This document shows, piece by piece, positions 12,931-25,834 of a stretch of DNA of 64,000 nt. Under the pieces are notes generated by a model. The model searched no databases. It was not told where the DNA came from and was given only the letters and a program-made list of their open reading frames with translations. The stretch is from Camelus ferus. Its lineage: Eukaryota. The translations under genes and the position numbers were made by a program. The stretch spans positions 117,368,001 through 117,432,000 of the forward strand of contig NC_045696.1 in NCBI RefSeq assembly GCF_009834535.1, given 5' to 3'. Numbering within the stretch: position 1 is the first letter of the stretch; the number at the start of each line of letters is the position of its first letter.

Positions 12931-13849
12931 TTATCTTGTTTCAACATCAGATAGCTCATAGGATTTTCTTCTCTTGAAGCCACTGATGCACTATCGTGAA
13001 AAGCATCTGATTTGGAACATATTTCTGGTCTCAGATTTCAGAAATTTACCATCACATACACAGCTGTGTCAGATAGTTTCCGGAATAAGATAGAGATCAT
13101 CAACATAAAGAAGTGGATATTGCCATCATCTTCCCACAACCCTAACCCTCCAGCGCCAAGGAGCATCAGCTCCAGTCACTATCCATTCAAATAATGCGGC
13201 AGAGTACCTGCGATGGGCCAACCATTTGTGCTGAGCTTTGTAAAGGACTCTTGCCACAGATTGACCTAATGGCCGAACACACTAGCTACATCACGGCCAA
13301 GGAGCCCACCCAGGGAAGAACAAAGGAGTTCTGAAGATTTTGGGAAAAAAAAACATTTTTTTAAATCACTGAGACTTTCTTTTGAATATGTAGAAATAGC
13401 AGAAAGACACCAGTATGATCAAAACTCCGTTAACCACACAGCTAATTTGCTGTCTGTCCAGAGGGGCTGACACCAAACCTGCCCGACCAGGAAACCCTGT
13501 TTGGTAGTGAGTGCTCATGTTTACCAAGTCGCTCCACTATTTCCAGTCAAGAGATTCAAGCAGACCCTGGCAGCGGCATCAGCACTTGTTAGCATCTCTG
13601 CTGCCCTTCTTGGAAGCTTTCTTTCTGTCTGCTGACAAACTTCAGGGCTGTTGCATCTAGTACCACCTACAGTACACCAGACTATGATACAAAGTCGGGG
13701 TGCTGACCAGGAAGAGACTGGAGAGCGATTTGCTCCCTGAACCTCGGTGTCCTCTTCTAAAAAATGGGACTGGTAGCCCTGTCTCGGAAAGACATTAGAA
13801 CATAAATGAAATAAGGTTGGTATGATGTTCAATCATGTAACAACAACAA

Positions 13850-14071
13850 AAAATGATCAGACACTATCAACCAAGTACTGTGCCAGGCACTTGAGGATAC
13901 AGGAATAAACAAAACGGGCAGTGCTCACATTTTCCTGGGTCTTTATTGTAGTGGGGTAAAGAGACATTAAATGAATAGTCACAGAATACGCTGAGGCGTT
14001 AACATTTGTCACACGTTATAAAGAATGCTACAAAGTGCAGAGTGCTATCAGAGGATATAATAAAAGCTTCC
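13850..14071 (-). mobile_element. L2 3' fragment, interrupted by the MLT1 LTR and resuming near 14590
   Basis: TACTGTGCCAGGCACTTGAGGATACAGGAATAAACAAAAC, a typical antisense L2 3' end. Continuation GGTCAGAGGAAGCCTCTTTGAGGAA after the LTR. Confidence 0.65.
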
Positions 14072-14585
14072 TGCGGTGGGCTGAATAATGCCTCCCCCCT
14101 AAAAAAGATGTCTGTATCCTCATGCTCTGAACCTTTGAATCTGCTACCTTATATGGCCAAAGGGACTTTGTAGATGTGATTAAGAATGGAGAGATGGAGA
14201 GATTATCCTGGATGGTTTCAGTGGGCCCAATCTAATCACAAGGGTCTTTAAAAGTGGAAGAGGAAGGCAGAGGGATTGTTGACCACAGAAGAGGAGGCTG
14301 AAGTGATATACTGAGAAGAAGAGCTCACCTGTCATTACTGGCTTTGAGGATGGAGGAGGAGGCCACTAGCTAAGAGGAGCAGGAGGCTTCTGGAAGCTGG
14401 AAGAGGCAAGAAAATGTTCCCCTAGGGCCTGCAGAAGGGAAGAAGTGTTAACATCTTGGTTCTAGCCCAGGGAGACCTGAGTCAGACTTTGGACCAATGG
14501 GGCAGTAGGATGGTAAGTTTCTGTCTGTTATTTTAAGACCTTAAATGTGTAGTAATTTCTTGCAGCAGCCATGGAAAACTAATAA
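14072..14585 (+). mobile_element. MLT1C/D (MaLR) solo LTR
   Basis: TGCGGTGGGCTGAATAATG...ACCTTATATGGCCAAAGGGACTTTGTAGATGTGATTAAG...GCAGCAGCCATGGAAAACTAATA. Confidence 0.85.
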
Positions 14586-15328
14586 GGTCCAAAACTCCCT
14601 GGCAGGGAGAGGGGTCAGAGGAAGCCTCTTTGAGGAATTTAAGTGAGATTTGACAGGTGAGTTGGAGTGCCTGGCCCACTCACTCCCACCCCTTCCCCCT
14701 CACGTCACATCCCTCAGCCTGGCAGTGACACCCCTGGTTTCCTCTGGTGGCTGCTATGTTTTCCTGGCACAGCTGGTCCACGAGGTCACATTCCTGACAG
14801 ACTGCATGAGGCCAGGCAGGTCTGACTAGGACTTCTTCCAACCCTGCATCCACAAGCCATCCTTTCATTCTTTCAATAAGAATTTATTGAACATCTATGA
14901 TGTGGCAGCTTCCGTTACAGTGCTGAATGGTCAGCAGCAAACAAAAGAGAAAATCGGGGTTCTTGGCGGTGGAGTAGAACTGGGGGTGATCTTCATGCAA
15001 TGGATGGATTCTACTTAACCATCATCTTTTTTTTAAAATGCAGAATCACACATGAAATGAGTTGATGTAATCTTAAAAGTGCCATAGTCTTGAAAAATGC
15101 CCAGAAACAAGGAGCTGGGTCCAACTTAGACCCAGCCCCCTGTCATGAGAAAATTTCAAGCTCTAGTCCCGATGGCCAGAAGAGCCAGTTGACTTGGCTG
15201 TGTGTCCTGTTCCTGGCCACGACGTCTGAGGGATCTTAATTGCTGTGAGAGAAAGTCATGACTCTGGCTATTGGAATTGCCAATGCTAGAAACACAATGG
15301 GTCTCTGGATTTAAGAACGGACTAGGAC

Positions 15329-15430
15329 GAGGATGGGTATAGCTCAGTGGTAGAGCGCATGCTTAGCATGCGTGGGGTCCTGGGTTCAATCCCCAGTACT
15401 ACCATTAAAAAAAAATACATCTTAAAAAAA
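15329..15430 (+). mobile_element. Vic-1-like SINE, short form, near-intact tRNA-Ala-like head
   Basis: GGGTATAGCTCAGTGGTAGAGCGCATGCTTAGCATGCGTGGGGTCCTGGGTTCAATCCCCAG plus A-tail. Degenerate TSD AAGAACGGACTAGG / AAAAATAGAGTAGG. Confidence 0.9.
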
Positions 15431-17767
15431 ATAGAGTAGGTTCCTCCTCAATTCCTGGTAGTAAGAATTGATTTTATTTTCAGTCTCAAAAGTGAGAGAC
15501 TCCTAGACAGGTGAAGAGGTAGCACGCACAAGTGGCACCCCACCAAACAGCTGGGTGTGAACACGGTTCACGGACTGCACAAACCACGCATTGTAACCTC
15601 CAGCGCCTCATGATCGGGGCGGGAGGGGTTGGTTTGATTTCTATTTATTTATTCTATTTTCAAATCATAAATAAATAAATCATAAATGTAACACTCGTCT
15701 GGCAGAGATGTGTGTTCTACTAAATGGACCTACCCACATTCAAGGAAAGTGTCCCACCCCCCTCCAAAAAGCCAAGGAAAACCAGAGATCTTGCCGGAGC
15801 GTGTCTTCATCAGACCTTTCGAAGCATGTGGCAATCATGCATATGAAGGAGAATTCTGAAGTCACTTCACCTGCCTATTGGTTTGAAAAGGTGACCTGCC
15901 AGTCCCGGGATATTTGGGTGGGAGGCATTAATCAAGCATTCCTTTGTCAGTGTTAGTTAAATACAGTAAAATGATCCTATCTGCCTGGGCTGTTGAGACC
16001 TGTCAGAAGTAATCTGCCCTTTCTTGAGGATTCGCCAAACGGGTTTCCATCCCAAGAGACTCAGTCATTTATTTCTGTTTAAATACAAATCTCACTTACC
16101 TCCACGAGTCCTGGCTCACCCTTAAAAACTCCACGTGTGCTTAACATGCCACAGTGTAGAAGGGGGTGAGAACTGTTATGGATTCTTCTCATTGCTTGGA
16201 ATAGTACAAGGAATGTGGCCAAAGTTTCCTCCAGAGAGTTGGGGAAAGCAGAAAGTAACTCGAGAGCAAACCACAGAGACAGTAAATAGGGATTCTCAAG
16301 CTTGACTTGGGAGCGTAAACTCGAATGACATTTTATCCTTACTCCCCCGGACCCTGCACCAGGAAAGCGAAGCATTATCTGAGCAATGTGCAAACAAGGG
16401 GTTGCCAAGCACAGCTTAAAAATGGCTGGTTTGTACCACATGCTGAAGATTTATAACATAGAAGACAGAAATGAAATCCTCTGTCACATGGACAAGTGTT
16501 TTTAAAATTGGAACAAAGCTGAGAGCTGTCCCCTTCCTTGTCACAGGGAGCACTGCTTGGATTTTTTTTTAAAGCCACCAAATGGGTTTGACTATGTTTC
16601 CTCCTTTCAGGTGCCAGGATCTTTGCACAATGGGGCTGCAGCAAGAGGGGTCACCGTGGTTCCAGCAGAAGGAATTGCCAACTTTCTACCCAAAATTGGC
16701 TTCTGGATATAAGTGCCTTAAAAGAGCTCACTGTTTCACCCCACTATTTCTCTGGTAGGAATCTCTTCCTAATAGACTGTTTGGCGATACAAAGAAAGAT
16801 TTAGGGGCCAAGATGTGTGCCCTGGTTTTGTTTATAACTGAAAAAAAAAAAGAAATATAAAATAAAAGAACACAGTCAACAAAAAGTTAAATTAATTATA
16901 TGCATCCACAGAAAGGGAATATTTTGTAGCCATCAACAATTGTTTATAAGAAGTCTGAAGAACAAAACAAACAAATTTTTACTCACTTAAACTTTTCTGT
17001 ACTTCTTTCTGATTTTTTTTAGCAAAGATCGTGATTTGTCTTGTTTGTCAGGAAACAGAAAAGTATCTGAAACTGACCATGAGAGTATTGACACATTAAC
17101 ACAATGAGCGGCACTAAAAAAGGCTTCTCTCTTTAAAACAGTTACACACAAGACTCAGTATTTGGTATTACACAACCAATTCTGCATCACTCAGATGATC
17201 TTGTATATCTGACCACATATAAGAACTACCAACTGGTATTACCTCTTTTATTCTTCTACCTACCCTCTGGTGGAAAAAGCTGATGGCAAATTTGTGTTAT
17301 CCTCCTGGAAAAAAAAATCTTCTATAATTAATTTGTCAAACAAGTCCTTTACTTCCTTACTTTGACTTCGCACTGGAAGACACCCTCTCATATTAGCTCG
17401 TGCTCATAGGAAAGGAAAATTTGCATTTATTAACTCACAGAAGTGCCATTAAGCTGAGAATCTTATTTCAGTTTAAACACACTTTTCTTTTTATGGTAGT
17501 GCTTGTCATTCCTTTCCAAGTGGGTGATAAGCTTGTTTTTGATTTGTTTACATTGTCTAGAACAAGATTTTGAGTTGATATGTTTCAATAAAGCCTACTG
17601 AACATATAAATGAGGACCTTAGATCAGTGAGTTTCTCTTTTTTTTTTTTTTTTTTTTTGGCTTCGAAGAGCATTGCTTAAATTAAATTTTATGCTGCACC
17701 CCAGTATTTTAAATAAGTCAAAGAAGAGCTGGTCTGATTAAAGTGGAGGTGGGGAAGGACCAAAGCT

Positions 17768-17852
17768 CAGCATGACCATATAATTTATCATGCAATCTAG
17801 AACATTCTTGGGAGTGAAAGGAGGCACTCTTCATAATTGCACCGGGGCAACA
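17768..17852 (+). mobile_element. MER94-like hAT-Blackjack MITE (partial)
   Basis: GACCATATAATTTATCATGCAATCTAGAACATTCTTGGGAGTGAAAGGAGGCACT aligns to the MER94 5' half and to the copy at 60371. Confidence 0.6.
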
Positions 17853-18418
17853 TATTTTACACATCATTCCTTTCTGCTTTAGGAAGAACTACAAGTTCAA
17901 ATTGCCCAGAGGCAGTCAAGGAAATGGTCAGGAATTGACTACATACAAAGGAAACTCCAATGGGGGGTGGAGGTGGGAGGGAGGCGGGTGGGACCATAAT
18001 TGAAGTCCAGAGCCAAACAATAAATTGGACAAAAAATATGTGTGTGAAACCCAGACAATGGATTAATTCAGTCAATTAATAAAGTGCTGCACAAACAGTG
18101 AGGAAAGCATGACCCTCCCCAAAATAAGCAAAGGGTAGCTGTGCACTGCAGCTCATAGGGAAAAAAATATGCAATTGGCAAAAATCAGTAAAAATACCCC
18201 AAAAATGTTTACCTTGAGCATAATGAAAGAAATGTTAATCAAAACAAAATACCGTCTTTTATCTAACAGACAAGCAAATGGTAAAGTGTGAGAGTAGCCG
18301 ATATTAATTAGCCTATAGGAAGCAGTCGTTCTTAACACTGACGATAACCGTATTAACAAGTTAAAAACTTTTTAGATGACCATTAACCAAGAGCTATTAA
18401 AGTGAAAATATGTATTGT

Positions 18419-18844
18419 CTTTTTTTATCGAAGAATAGTCAGTTTACAATGTTGTGTCAATTTCTGATGTACAGCATAATAGTTCAGTCATACATACACA
18501 TGTATCTATTCTTTTTCGGAGTCTGTTTTGTTATAGGTTACTACAAAATATTGGATACCATTCCCTTTCCTTAAAAAACTAAAAATAGACTTACCCTATG
18601 ATCCAGCAGTCCCACTCCTGGGCGCATCTGGAGGGACCTCTAATTCGAAAAGATGCGTGTGCCCAATGTTCACAGCACTAGTTACAATACACTATTTACA
18701 AGACATGGAAACAACCTAAGTGTCCATCGACAGATGACTGGATAAAGAAGTTGTGGTATATTTATACAATGGAATATTACTCAGCCATAAAAAAGAATGG
18801 AATCATGCCATTTGCAGCAACATGATGGTCCTGGACATCGTCAC
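18419..18844 (-). mobile_element. Young L1 3' fragment with 5' inversion (twin priming)
   Basis: T-tail and L1 3'UTR in antisense (about 18420-18566), then a segment from the end of ORF2 in the opposite orientation (about 18567-18844). TSD ATGTATTGT at 18410-18418 and 18845-18853. Confidence 0.85.
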
Positions 18845-18853
18845 ATGTATTGT

Positions 18854-19350
18854 TTTTGACCTGACACCTACACAGCTAGAAATCAACTTGCTGCTTGCCA
18901 AAGTAAACCTATATACAGCTAATGTGAGCCATAGTCTGTTGCAGCAAAAAGGAACTTGGAAACAACCTAAATGTCTATCAATTAGGGAAGGAGTAAATAT
19001 TTTATGGAATGGGACAACATATGGTGGAATCCTGTGCAGCCAATAACATAAAAACTGTGGTAGTTTTGTAGGTTCTGGTAGGGAAAGAAGCCTCAAACAT
19101 ATAACATTAAGACCAAAAACCAAAAGCAGAGTCGGAACACTGCGTATATCATGGCTTTTATTCTGTATATTGTTAAGAGGTGGCTTGTAGGTATTACGTA
19201 TGGATGGATTTTTAACATCACATCAGAAAAAATGACCAATGGTTGTTTATGTTAGAGGGATTGGGGCGGGGGTGGGGCTGGGGGCAGAGCGTATTTTTGC
19301 TCCCTGTTTTCTACCTTTTTCCTTCTTTGAATTTTCTAAATATGTTCATG
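18854..19350 (+). mobile_element. Ancient L1M/L1ME 3' fragment (host of the young L1; its 5' part lies at about 18060-18409)
   Basis: Diverged TGGAAACAACCTAAATGTCTATCAATTAGGGAAGGAGTAAATA motif (WKQPKCLS). Confidence 0.55.
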
Positions 19351-20329
19351 TGCTCTTCGTATAAATTTTTCAAACATCAACCGAGGTTATCTGTGTGGTT
19401 GGATTATCGAGGTAAATATAAAAGGTGGAGAAATTATGTTTGGGGAAGAGAAAATGGGAAGCCTGAGAGAAGAGGGCTTCCAGGCTTACAAAATCACACC
19501 ACTGCCATTAACAGAGAAAAGAGTCTGAAAACTAAAGCTCTTCCTCTGCAAACTATTGAGCACTGGAGCCTTCCACTCACCCCAGTACATTACAGAAGAT
19601 GCCATGCCTCACCCTCTAGCAAGAGGATGAGGGACATACCTATAAGGGGTGTAGGAGCAGAGAACGCATCCATGATGGATGTCAACGTATGCAAAAAAGA
19701 ACCTCGAATACGCACCCCACCCCATCTTTATCCCTGGCCCTCAGTAACTGGGAGAGGCTTCTGCTTCTACGGAGCCTTTCCTGACATCATCCTCTTAAAA
19801 TACAAATGCTGCAGTTTTGCATGAGACCAAAATATTATGCATTGACCACAGCCTTCAGAAAAGATGCCTGGCTGTGTTAGGTGGAAGTTAGAACAAGGAA
19901 GCTGAGCCCTCCTCCACCTGCATGGGGAGGATCTTCTAGAAAGCTGCCAGCAGAGCAGCACCCTCACAGAAGCCCACCAGCAGGCCTCATTATACCCTGT
20001 TCCCAGACAGGTAAAGTATGGAATGTGGGAGAGAAGGAAGGGCACGTCCCAAGCACTAAAGAGTGAAACTACAGGGACCACTTCCATTTACACATCCAGC
20101 TCTCTTTCCTCTAGCCCAGCAGACATGTGACTTCTTAACGAGGGTTTTTGCCATCCTTCTGTTTAATTTGCCAAGCTAACGTATTTTTCAGAAGCAAGAT
20201 ACTTGCATTTACAATATCTCCTACAAATAAAAATTCCTCAGCAATTTAATGATGGGCTTTGCTCTTTCGCAAAAAGAATATGATCTAATACTAGATAGTA
20301 GGCATTTACTCCTGCCCCACACCATGCCA

Positions 20330-20450
20330 GGGGCTTCACATGAAACCACCCCTGCAGAACAGGTACTATTATACCCACTTTACAGATGAGGAAACTGAAG
20401 CTCAGAAGGACTGAACAATTTGCACATGCTCATCCAGCTGGCAAGTGGCT
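20330..20450 (-). mobile_element. MIR SINE remnant
   Basis: GGTACTATTATACCCACTTTACAGATGAGGAAACTGAAGCTCAGA. Confidence 0.7.
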
Positions 20451-20624
20451 GAGTGCCTGGTTAAGTGTATTATGGGTCCTATAAATATCACCAAAGTTAA
20501 ACTGAATAAAGATGAGTTTTCCATAAGAGTTTGGCTTCTCGCGTCATCGTGTGTAAATGACAGGCGGGATTCTACACAATCAAGGGAATGTGGAAGTCAC
20601 AGGAAAGGACTCAGCTGCAGTTTC

Positions 20625-20800
20625 CTCCAGCATGGAGAACTGTCTGCAGAGATGGAAGTGCTTGACCCAGTGCCGTCCCATCGCACCTGTGGCTGCTGAT
20701 CACCTCTAGGTGGCTTCATGTGAATGAGGAACTGCATCTGTAATTTTGTCTAACTTAAATATGAATAGACACATGGCTACCATACTGGGCGCCACAGTTC
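20625..20800 (+). mobile_element. MER3-like hAT-Charlie MITE
   Basis: AGAACTGTCTGCAGAGATGGAAGTG...TGAGGAACTG...ACATGGCTACCATACTGGGC, followed by TTCTA. Confidence 0.6.
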
Positions 20801-20889
20801 TATCCAAAGTCGTTCAAGAAACGTTTATTGGTAAATGGATTCAAAAGGAGAGGACATAGCGGGAGAAGTAAGGATATAAAAATCACAAA

Positions 20890-21020
20890 ATATTTAGAGC
20901 TGGGAAAAAAACCTTTATGAGACCATCTCGTCCAACCCACTCATTTTCCACAGATGTGTAAAGTGAGACCCAGAGAGAGATGAAGCAATTCACTAAGGAC
21001 GCACAAGCTAGCAAGGGGCC
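20890..21020 (-). mobile_element. MIR3/MIRc-like remnant
   Basis: TTTAGAGCTGGGAAA...ACCATCTCGTCCAACCCACTCATTTTCCACAGATG. Confidence 0.55.
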
Positions 21021-21479
21021 AGAGAGAAATCCCACCTTTTAAAGACATGAAGATTAGCCACAGCGGTAAAACAATTGCACAGAATTGAGTTAAACTAAGG
21101 AAAACAATAAAAGGATTTTCTGGGCACTTTTTTGAAATCTGCACGAGGCAAGGAAAAAGCGACAAACAGTCCTACGTAGAGAATGGCTCTCCTGACTTCT
21201 TACTGAATCTCTCTGTATCAGTGAGAAATAATTTAAGGCAAGATTTCCCCAAGGCAGGGACACAAGTAAGTGTAAAGTTACCTGCTGGTTAAACCTATAC
21301 CCTTCTGTTAGGGAAACACCGAGCACCTTGGAATTGTGTTTTCATGTCCCAATTCTGTTACCAAAAAGGAAAAAAAAAAAAACAAAAAAACCCCTGACTT
21401 CAAATTACAATATTCCCTAAACTATGCCCTCCTTCTCAACTTCTACCCCCCAATGGGGAGAGTCCTGCAGACCTCCCTT

Positions 21480-22780
21480 ACAGAGGAGCTCTTCTGTTTA
21501 ATTAGGTTAATAGGTTACAGATAGGTTAATTGGGTTAAATCCTGGGCAGAGCAAACGTGCTTTCTAATTGCTGCTGCCACCGCGGTACCTGGAGCTGAGC
21601 TGATCCTCGGTGCACACTGGTCTGTTTCTGGCTCCCCAGAGACCTGCTTAAACACGGCGCAGGGTGGTGACTCACATGTGGGCACTCTCATACCCCTAAA
21701 CTACTTGGCAAAGGCATTTTGAAAAAAGTACTTTCTGCCTTATAAATGATCTCTTCCAGGTTTCCAGCGAAACAAGTCATTTAAAAAAAAATTTTTTTTT
21801 TTTTTTTTTGACAAATGAAAGGGGGAAAAATGCCTTTTCAAATCCAGGGCACTTGAAAGTTTCATTTTCCTGTTTTAATTTGCTTCGGCGTTTCAAGGGA
21901 ATAATAATAGTTTTTTAATGCCAAAGGTGGCTTTCATCACTCAAAGCCCTCTAATTTCCTCCCATACTGCAAGTAATGTGTTAATAGTTCCAAAATGAAA
22001 TATTACCTAAAACACAACTTGGTAATTTTCCTCACAGTTCAAAGTTATTTGAAAAAGAAGCATCACCTTTTTACAAATATTTACTTTGCGACGATGGAAG
22101 ACGCTGCAAATTATCTGCAACAGCTTCCATTCCCTTCTTTTTTTGTGCCATCTTTGAATATTCTGCTGGGGAAAAAAAATGAAATAAATGGGGAAAAGGA
22201 AAAAAACCCTCCCCCTTCCTTTTCATGTTCTAATACCAGATTCCATCTAAGAATCTGAATTCTCCCTTTAAAATTAGATCATGTTTATATATACATATAA
22301 TATATATATACAGAGAGAGAAAAAAGCTTGGTATCTCCGGTCTCATTATAAAATACACACACCAAAGAAAGGATGTGCACAGAGGCCACAGAGAATTTAA
22401 AAGATTTATTTATGATGTATTACTGTAATTTTTAATTTAGACATGCAAATTTTTTAATTTGCACCGACTGCTTTGCCTTAATGGTTTTGATTAATACTTG
22501 GAGGTAGTGTTTGTGAAAGAGATTTATACTGTGATTCATCTGCAAAATAATCAAATCATTACCAGCTAATGACAAAGCTGTGAAAAATGATACAGATATT
22601 GTGTAACTTCCAGCTATGGCTGAGCACGTGGAGGTACCCAATCCTTCCAGCAAATGTGGACTTGTGTTAATAACTGCTGGGAAGTTCGCTCTAGGTCCAC
22701 TCTAATTTGGCAACAAAAAACATTGATCTTAATAAAGCTGTCTGATAAAAGGAGCGGTGATTAACATCCCAAACCCTCTC
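21480..22780. promoter_or_regulatory. Candidate conserved non-coding element / developmental enhancer block
   Basis: No recognisable interspersed repeat. Dense TAAT cores, octamer ATGCAAAT at 22443-22450 and PBX-HOX-type TGATTAAT at 22488-22495. Function is inferred, not shown. Confidence 0.4.
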
Positions 22781-24344
22781 TTCTGCTGCTCATGCCAAGG
22801 TCCCTTTTTTTTTTTCCAGGAATAAAATTCCACTGCACTTCCTGCTTATCGCTCCATCTCACCTCAGCCCTCTGTGAGTCTCCAGATAAGGCTACAGACG
22901 CCTAAGGAAAGGGGCCTGGGGACCAAAGGGTTGGCTGCAGGTGGCAGTTCCCCAGGGAAGAAAGCTTAGCACACAGAATTCCCAGAGTCTGAACTCCTGG
23001 CAGAGCCAACACCCCCTCCTTCCAGAACTCAGAGGCAAGTCCTCTTCTGATGGGTCCTTCCTGCCTGTTTCACTGTTTCAGCCACTCTGGTCTGAATGAC
23101 TCTTGCTGTCTTGCTAATCCTGACAGAGTCAGCAAAAGTGGAGGAGAAATTTCCACACCATGTCCAGAGTCAGCAGAACAAACTCTCAAGTGGTAACAGG
23201 AAACAGAAGAGGGCAGGAAGCAGAAAGCCACAGGTAATCCCCAAATCTTATTCCATCATTCTTGTCTCCACCGCACTGCTGGCCCAAGAGGCTCATTTGA
23301 GCAAATTTGGGTCTTACCTCCTGCCTGGCTGCACCCCATCAACCAAAGAATGAAAATGAATGTTTCTTGTCGTCTGTGCTCAGGCCTTCCCCACCCACTC
23401 TTTCTTAATCCTCACCGCCAACCTATGAGGTAGGCATCATTAGTATTATTCCCATTTTACACATGAGTACACTTTACAGATAAGGAGCGCTCTCAAAGTT
23501 CACGAAAGAAAACCGGCGTGTGTTGGAGGCAAGACTTACTTCTGGTTTATTCTAGCACCACAAACCCCACCTGTCAAAACCATGCCCTTATTTGTCTGAA
23601 GTTTCTACTGAAGAATGAAGACGCCCAAAATGAGGGCAGGGCAGTCAGAGGAGAGATGGGGGTGACATGGAGGAAGTGCGTTCGTTTTAAAAACAAACAA
23701 ACAAACAAGAAACCCCCCCCCCAAAGCGTGGCTCAGCCAGAGTTAATACTGAAGCAATCCCATTTTTAACTCATTCTCAAGAAATTCAGCTCCCTTTTCA
23801 TTTCGCTCCTCACAAAGGAAAAGCCCAGTGAGTGGCTAATCATTAATATTTCATTGAAAACCAATCCATATTTTTCTGTGATGGTGACACGGACATTTCT
23901 ACTTCATCAGGAAGCCATTTTACAAAATTAGAAAAAGCAAGGCACCATTCTAGGAATGCACAAGTCGAGACTACTCATCATGATTATTTATTGCTTCTTG
24001 GGTGCCAACTGGGCCCCCGCCTTAGAGAAAGAGTTATAGAAGCATCACGCGGAGGCGGACGGTCCCTGTTCCCTGGGTTCGCACGCCAGTTCCCATCACA
24101 TGGCTACAGTGGACACTGCGCCTTTAATTACTGGTAACTGCCACTGCCCTGGAACCACAAAAGGAAAATCAGAACATCCTATCACTTTTCTAGACATGAA
24201 GAAAAATGAGAAGGGAGGCAATAAGCGTAATTAATTTTAACTAGAGCTGGAAGAGGAAAACTTTTGGCCGTGGTACCATACACAGCATTTATCAGGAGAG
24301 CTTCTCTCCCCGCAGAGCCGGTGCCACTGATTCAGGCACGAAAT

Positions 24345-24750
24345 AGGCGAAGTAAGCCAGAAAGAGAAAGAAAAACACCATATGATATCACTTAACATGT
24401 GGAGTCTGGAAAACTGACACAAATGAACTTATTTACAAAACAGAGACAGACCCACAGACACAGAAAACATTACCAGAGGGGAAATGGAGGGGGATGGTTT
24501 AATTAGGAGTTCAGGATTTGCAGATACCAGCTATTATATATAAAATAGATAAACAACAATGTCCTACTGTACAGCACAGGGAACTATATTCAATATCTTG
24601 TAATAGCCTGTAATGAAAAGGAATATGAAAAGGAACATATATATGTATAACTGTATACCAAAAATTAACACAACATTGTAAACTGACTATACTACAATTT
24701 AAAAAAAATGAAAACATGAAAAAAATTTATAAATTTAAAAATTTTAAAAA
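24345..24750 (+). mobile_element. Young L1 3' fragment
   Basis: GAAGTAAGCCAGAAAGAGAAAGAAAAACACCATATGATATCAC through ACACAACATTGTAAACTGACTATAC and an A-rich tail. TSD not identified. Confidence 0.85.
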
Positions 24751-25587
24751 AGAAGGAAGCTGCCATTTCAAAACAACAACAACAACAACAACAGGAGAGA
24801 AAAATACACATAACACAGCTTTCGTAGCATCATGTTGGTTCAAAGTATCTGTGAGAGAAATAAGCGTATGACTTAATTGTACGTGTGGCCCAGGAAAAGC
24901 AGGTGGCGATAAGCCAATAAGTTCAAAGTAAAGTTGAAATTCAAGCCATTCAGTGTGAGCCAACAGAATAAGCCCTTGGACAGATGGGCATCTTGTGTGA
25001 TTCAACACAAGATGTAGGACAAGTAATGAGGCTGAAGTGTTGAAGGAAAGGGAAATACACTCTCAGAGGTAAACTTGCTTTCAAGTCGTCAGGACTTAGC
25101 TGAATAATTCCCCTAATGCTTAGACAAATAATGCTGCTAAATTCTTGGGAATCAAACCATGGCTCCACCCCTCAGCTTCCGGGAGCTTCTAAAGGATAGA
25201 CCGAGCAAGCCGTAGGGACAATTAAATCCAAAATGTATTCATCGTGATCGTTTTAGAGAAGGGAGATGCTACCTGTCCATCCATAATGTGAGAAAAGGGA
25301 CTAAACTTGACTCTAAACAATCTCAGATATTTTGGAGGAAGACCAGAACCAGAGCATGACTGAATACGGATTTTAGAAGCAATGCTTTTGCTGCTCACTG
25401 ATCACAAATATTCTAGAATCCCATCCCTATCCAGTTCCCACAGCCTCCCTCCCCCAACACCATCAACAGTTAGAGCCTCAGTCACCTCAAAGAATTTCGG
25501 CTGTTGTTTAATGCAGGCTGTTTTCTGCTTCTGCCAACTCTCAACACGATGTTCTGCAACTCCTCATGTCTATCCAAAGTCACACCG

Positions 25588-25762
25588 CAGAACCTTCTTA
25601 GATAGTGGAAATGTTCTAGATCTGTACTGTCCAGGATGGTTGCCACAAGTCACATGAGGCTAGTGCAACTGAGGAAATTAATTTCTAATTCTGTTTAATT
25701 TTAATCCATTTGCATTCCTGTAGCCACATACATCTGTTAACTGCCACACTGGGCAGTGAAGC
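25588..25762 (+). mobile_element. MER3 hAT-Charlie MITE
   Basis: GGAAATGTTCTAGATCTGTACTGTCCA...GGCTAGTGCAACTGAGGAAATTAATTT...TAGCCACAT. Confidence 0.7.
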
Positions 25763-25834
25763 TCTAAAGAGAACAATGTGGATTTCACTGAACGTGCGTT
25801 AACACAGATGGAGGAGTTTGCCTTGCACATGCAT

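Noticed and set aside
15334..15403. Possible genuine tRNA-Ala(AGC) gene
   Set aside because: The acceptor stem is imperfect, it is followed by an A-tail rather than a T-run terminator, it has a degenerate TSD, and seven sister copies exist. It is a SINE.
16590..16760. Strong-looking splice acceptor TTTCCTCCTTTCAG/G at about 16610
   Set aside because: No clear matching donor, no recognisable peptide and no partner exons. A lncRNA exon cannot be excluded without RNA data.
19243..19824. Longest ORF in the window (193 aa)
   Set aside because: Non-ATG start, no recognisable domain, begins within an old L1 remnant, and its composition fits a chance ORF.
20703..20714. CTCF-like core CCTCTAGGTGGC
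   Set aside because: Partial match inside a MER3 remnant; one such hit in 64 kb is expected by chance.
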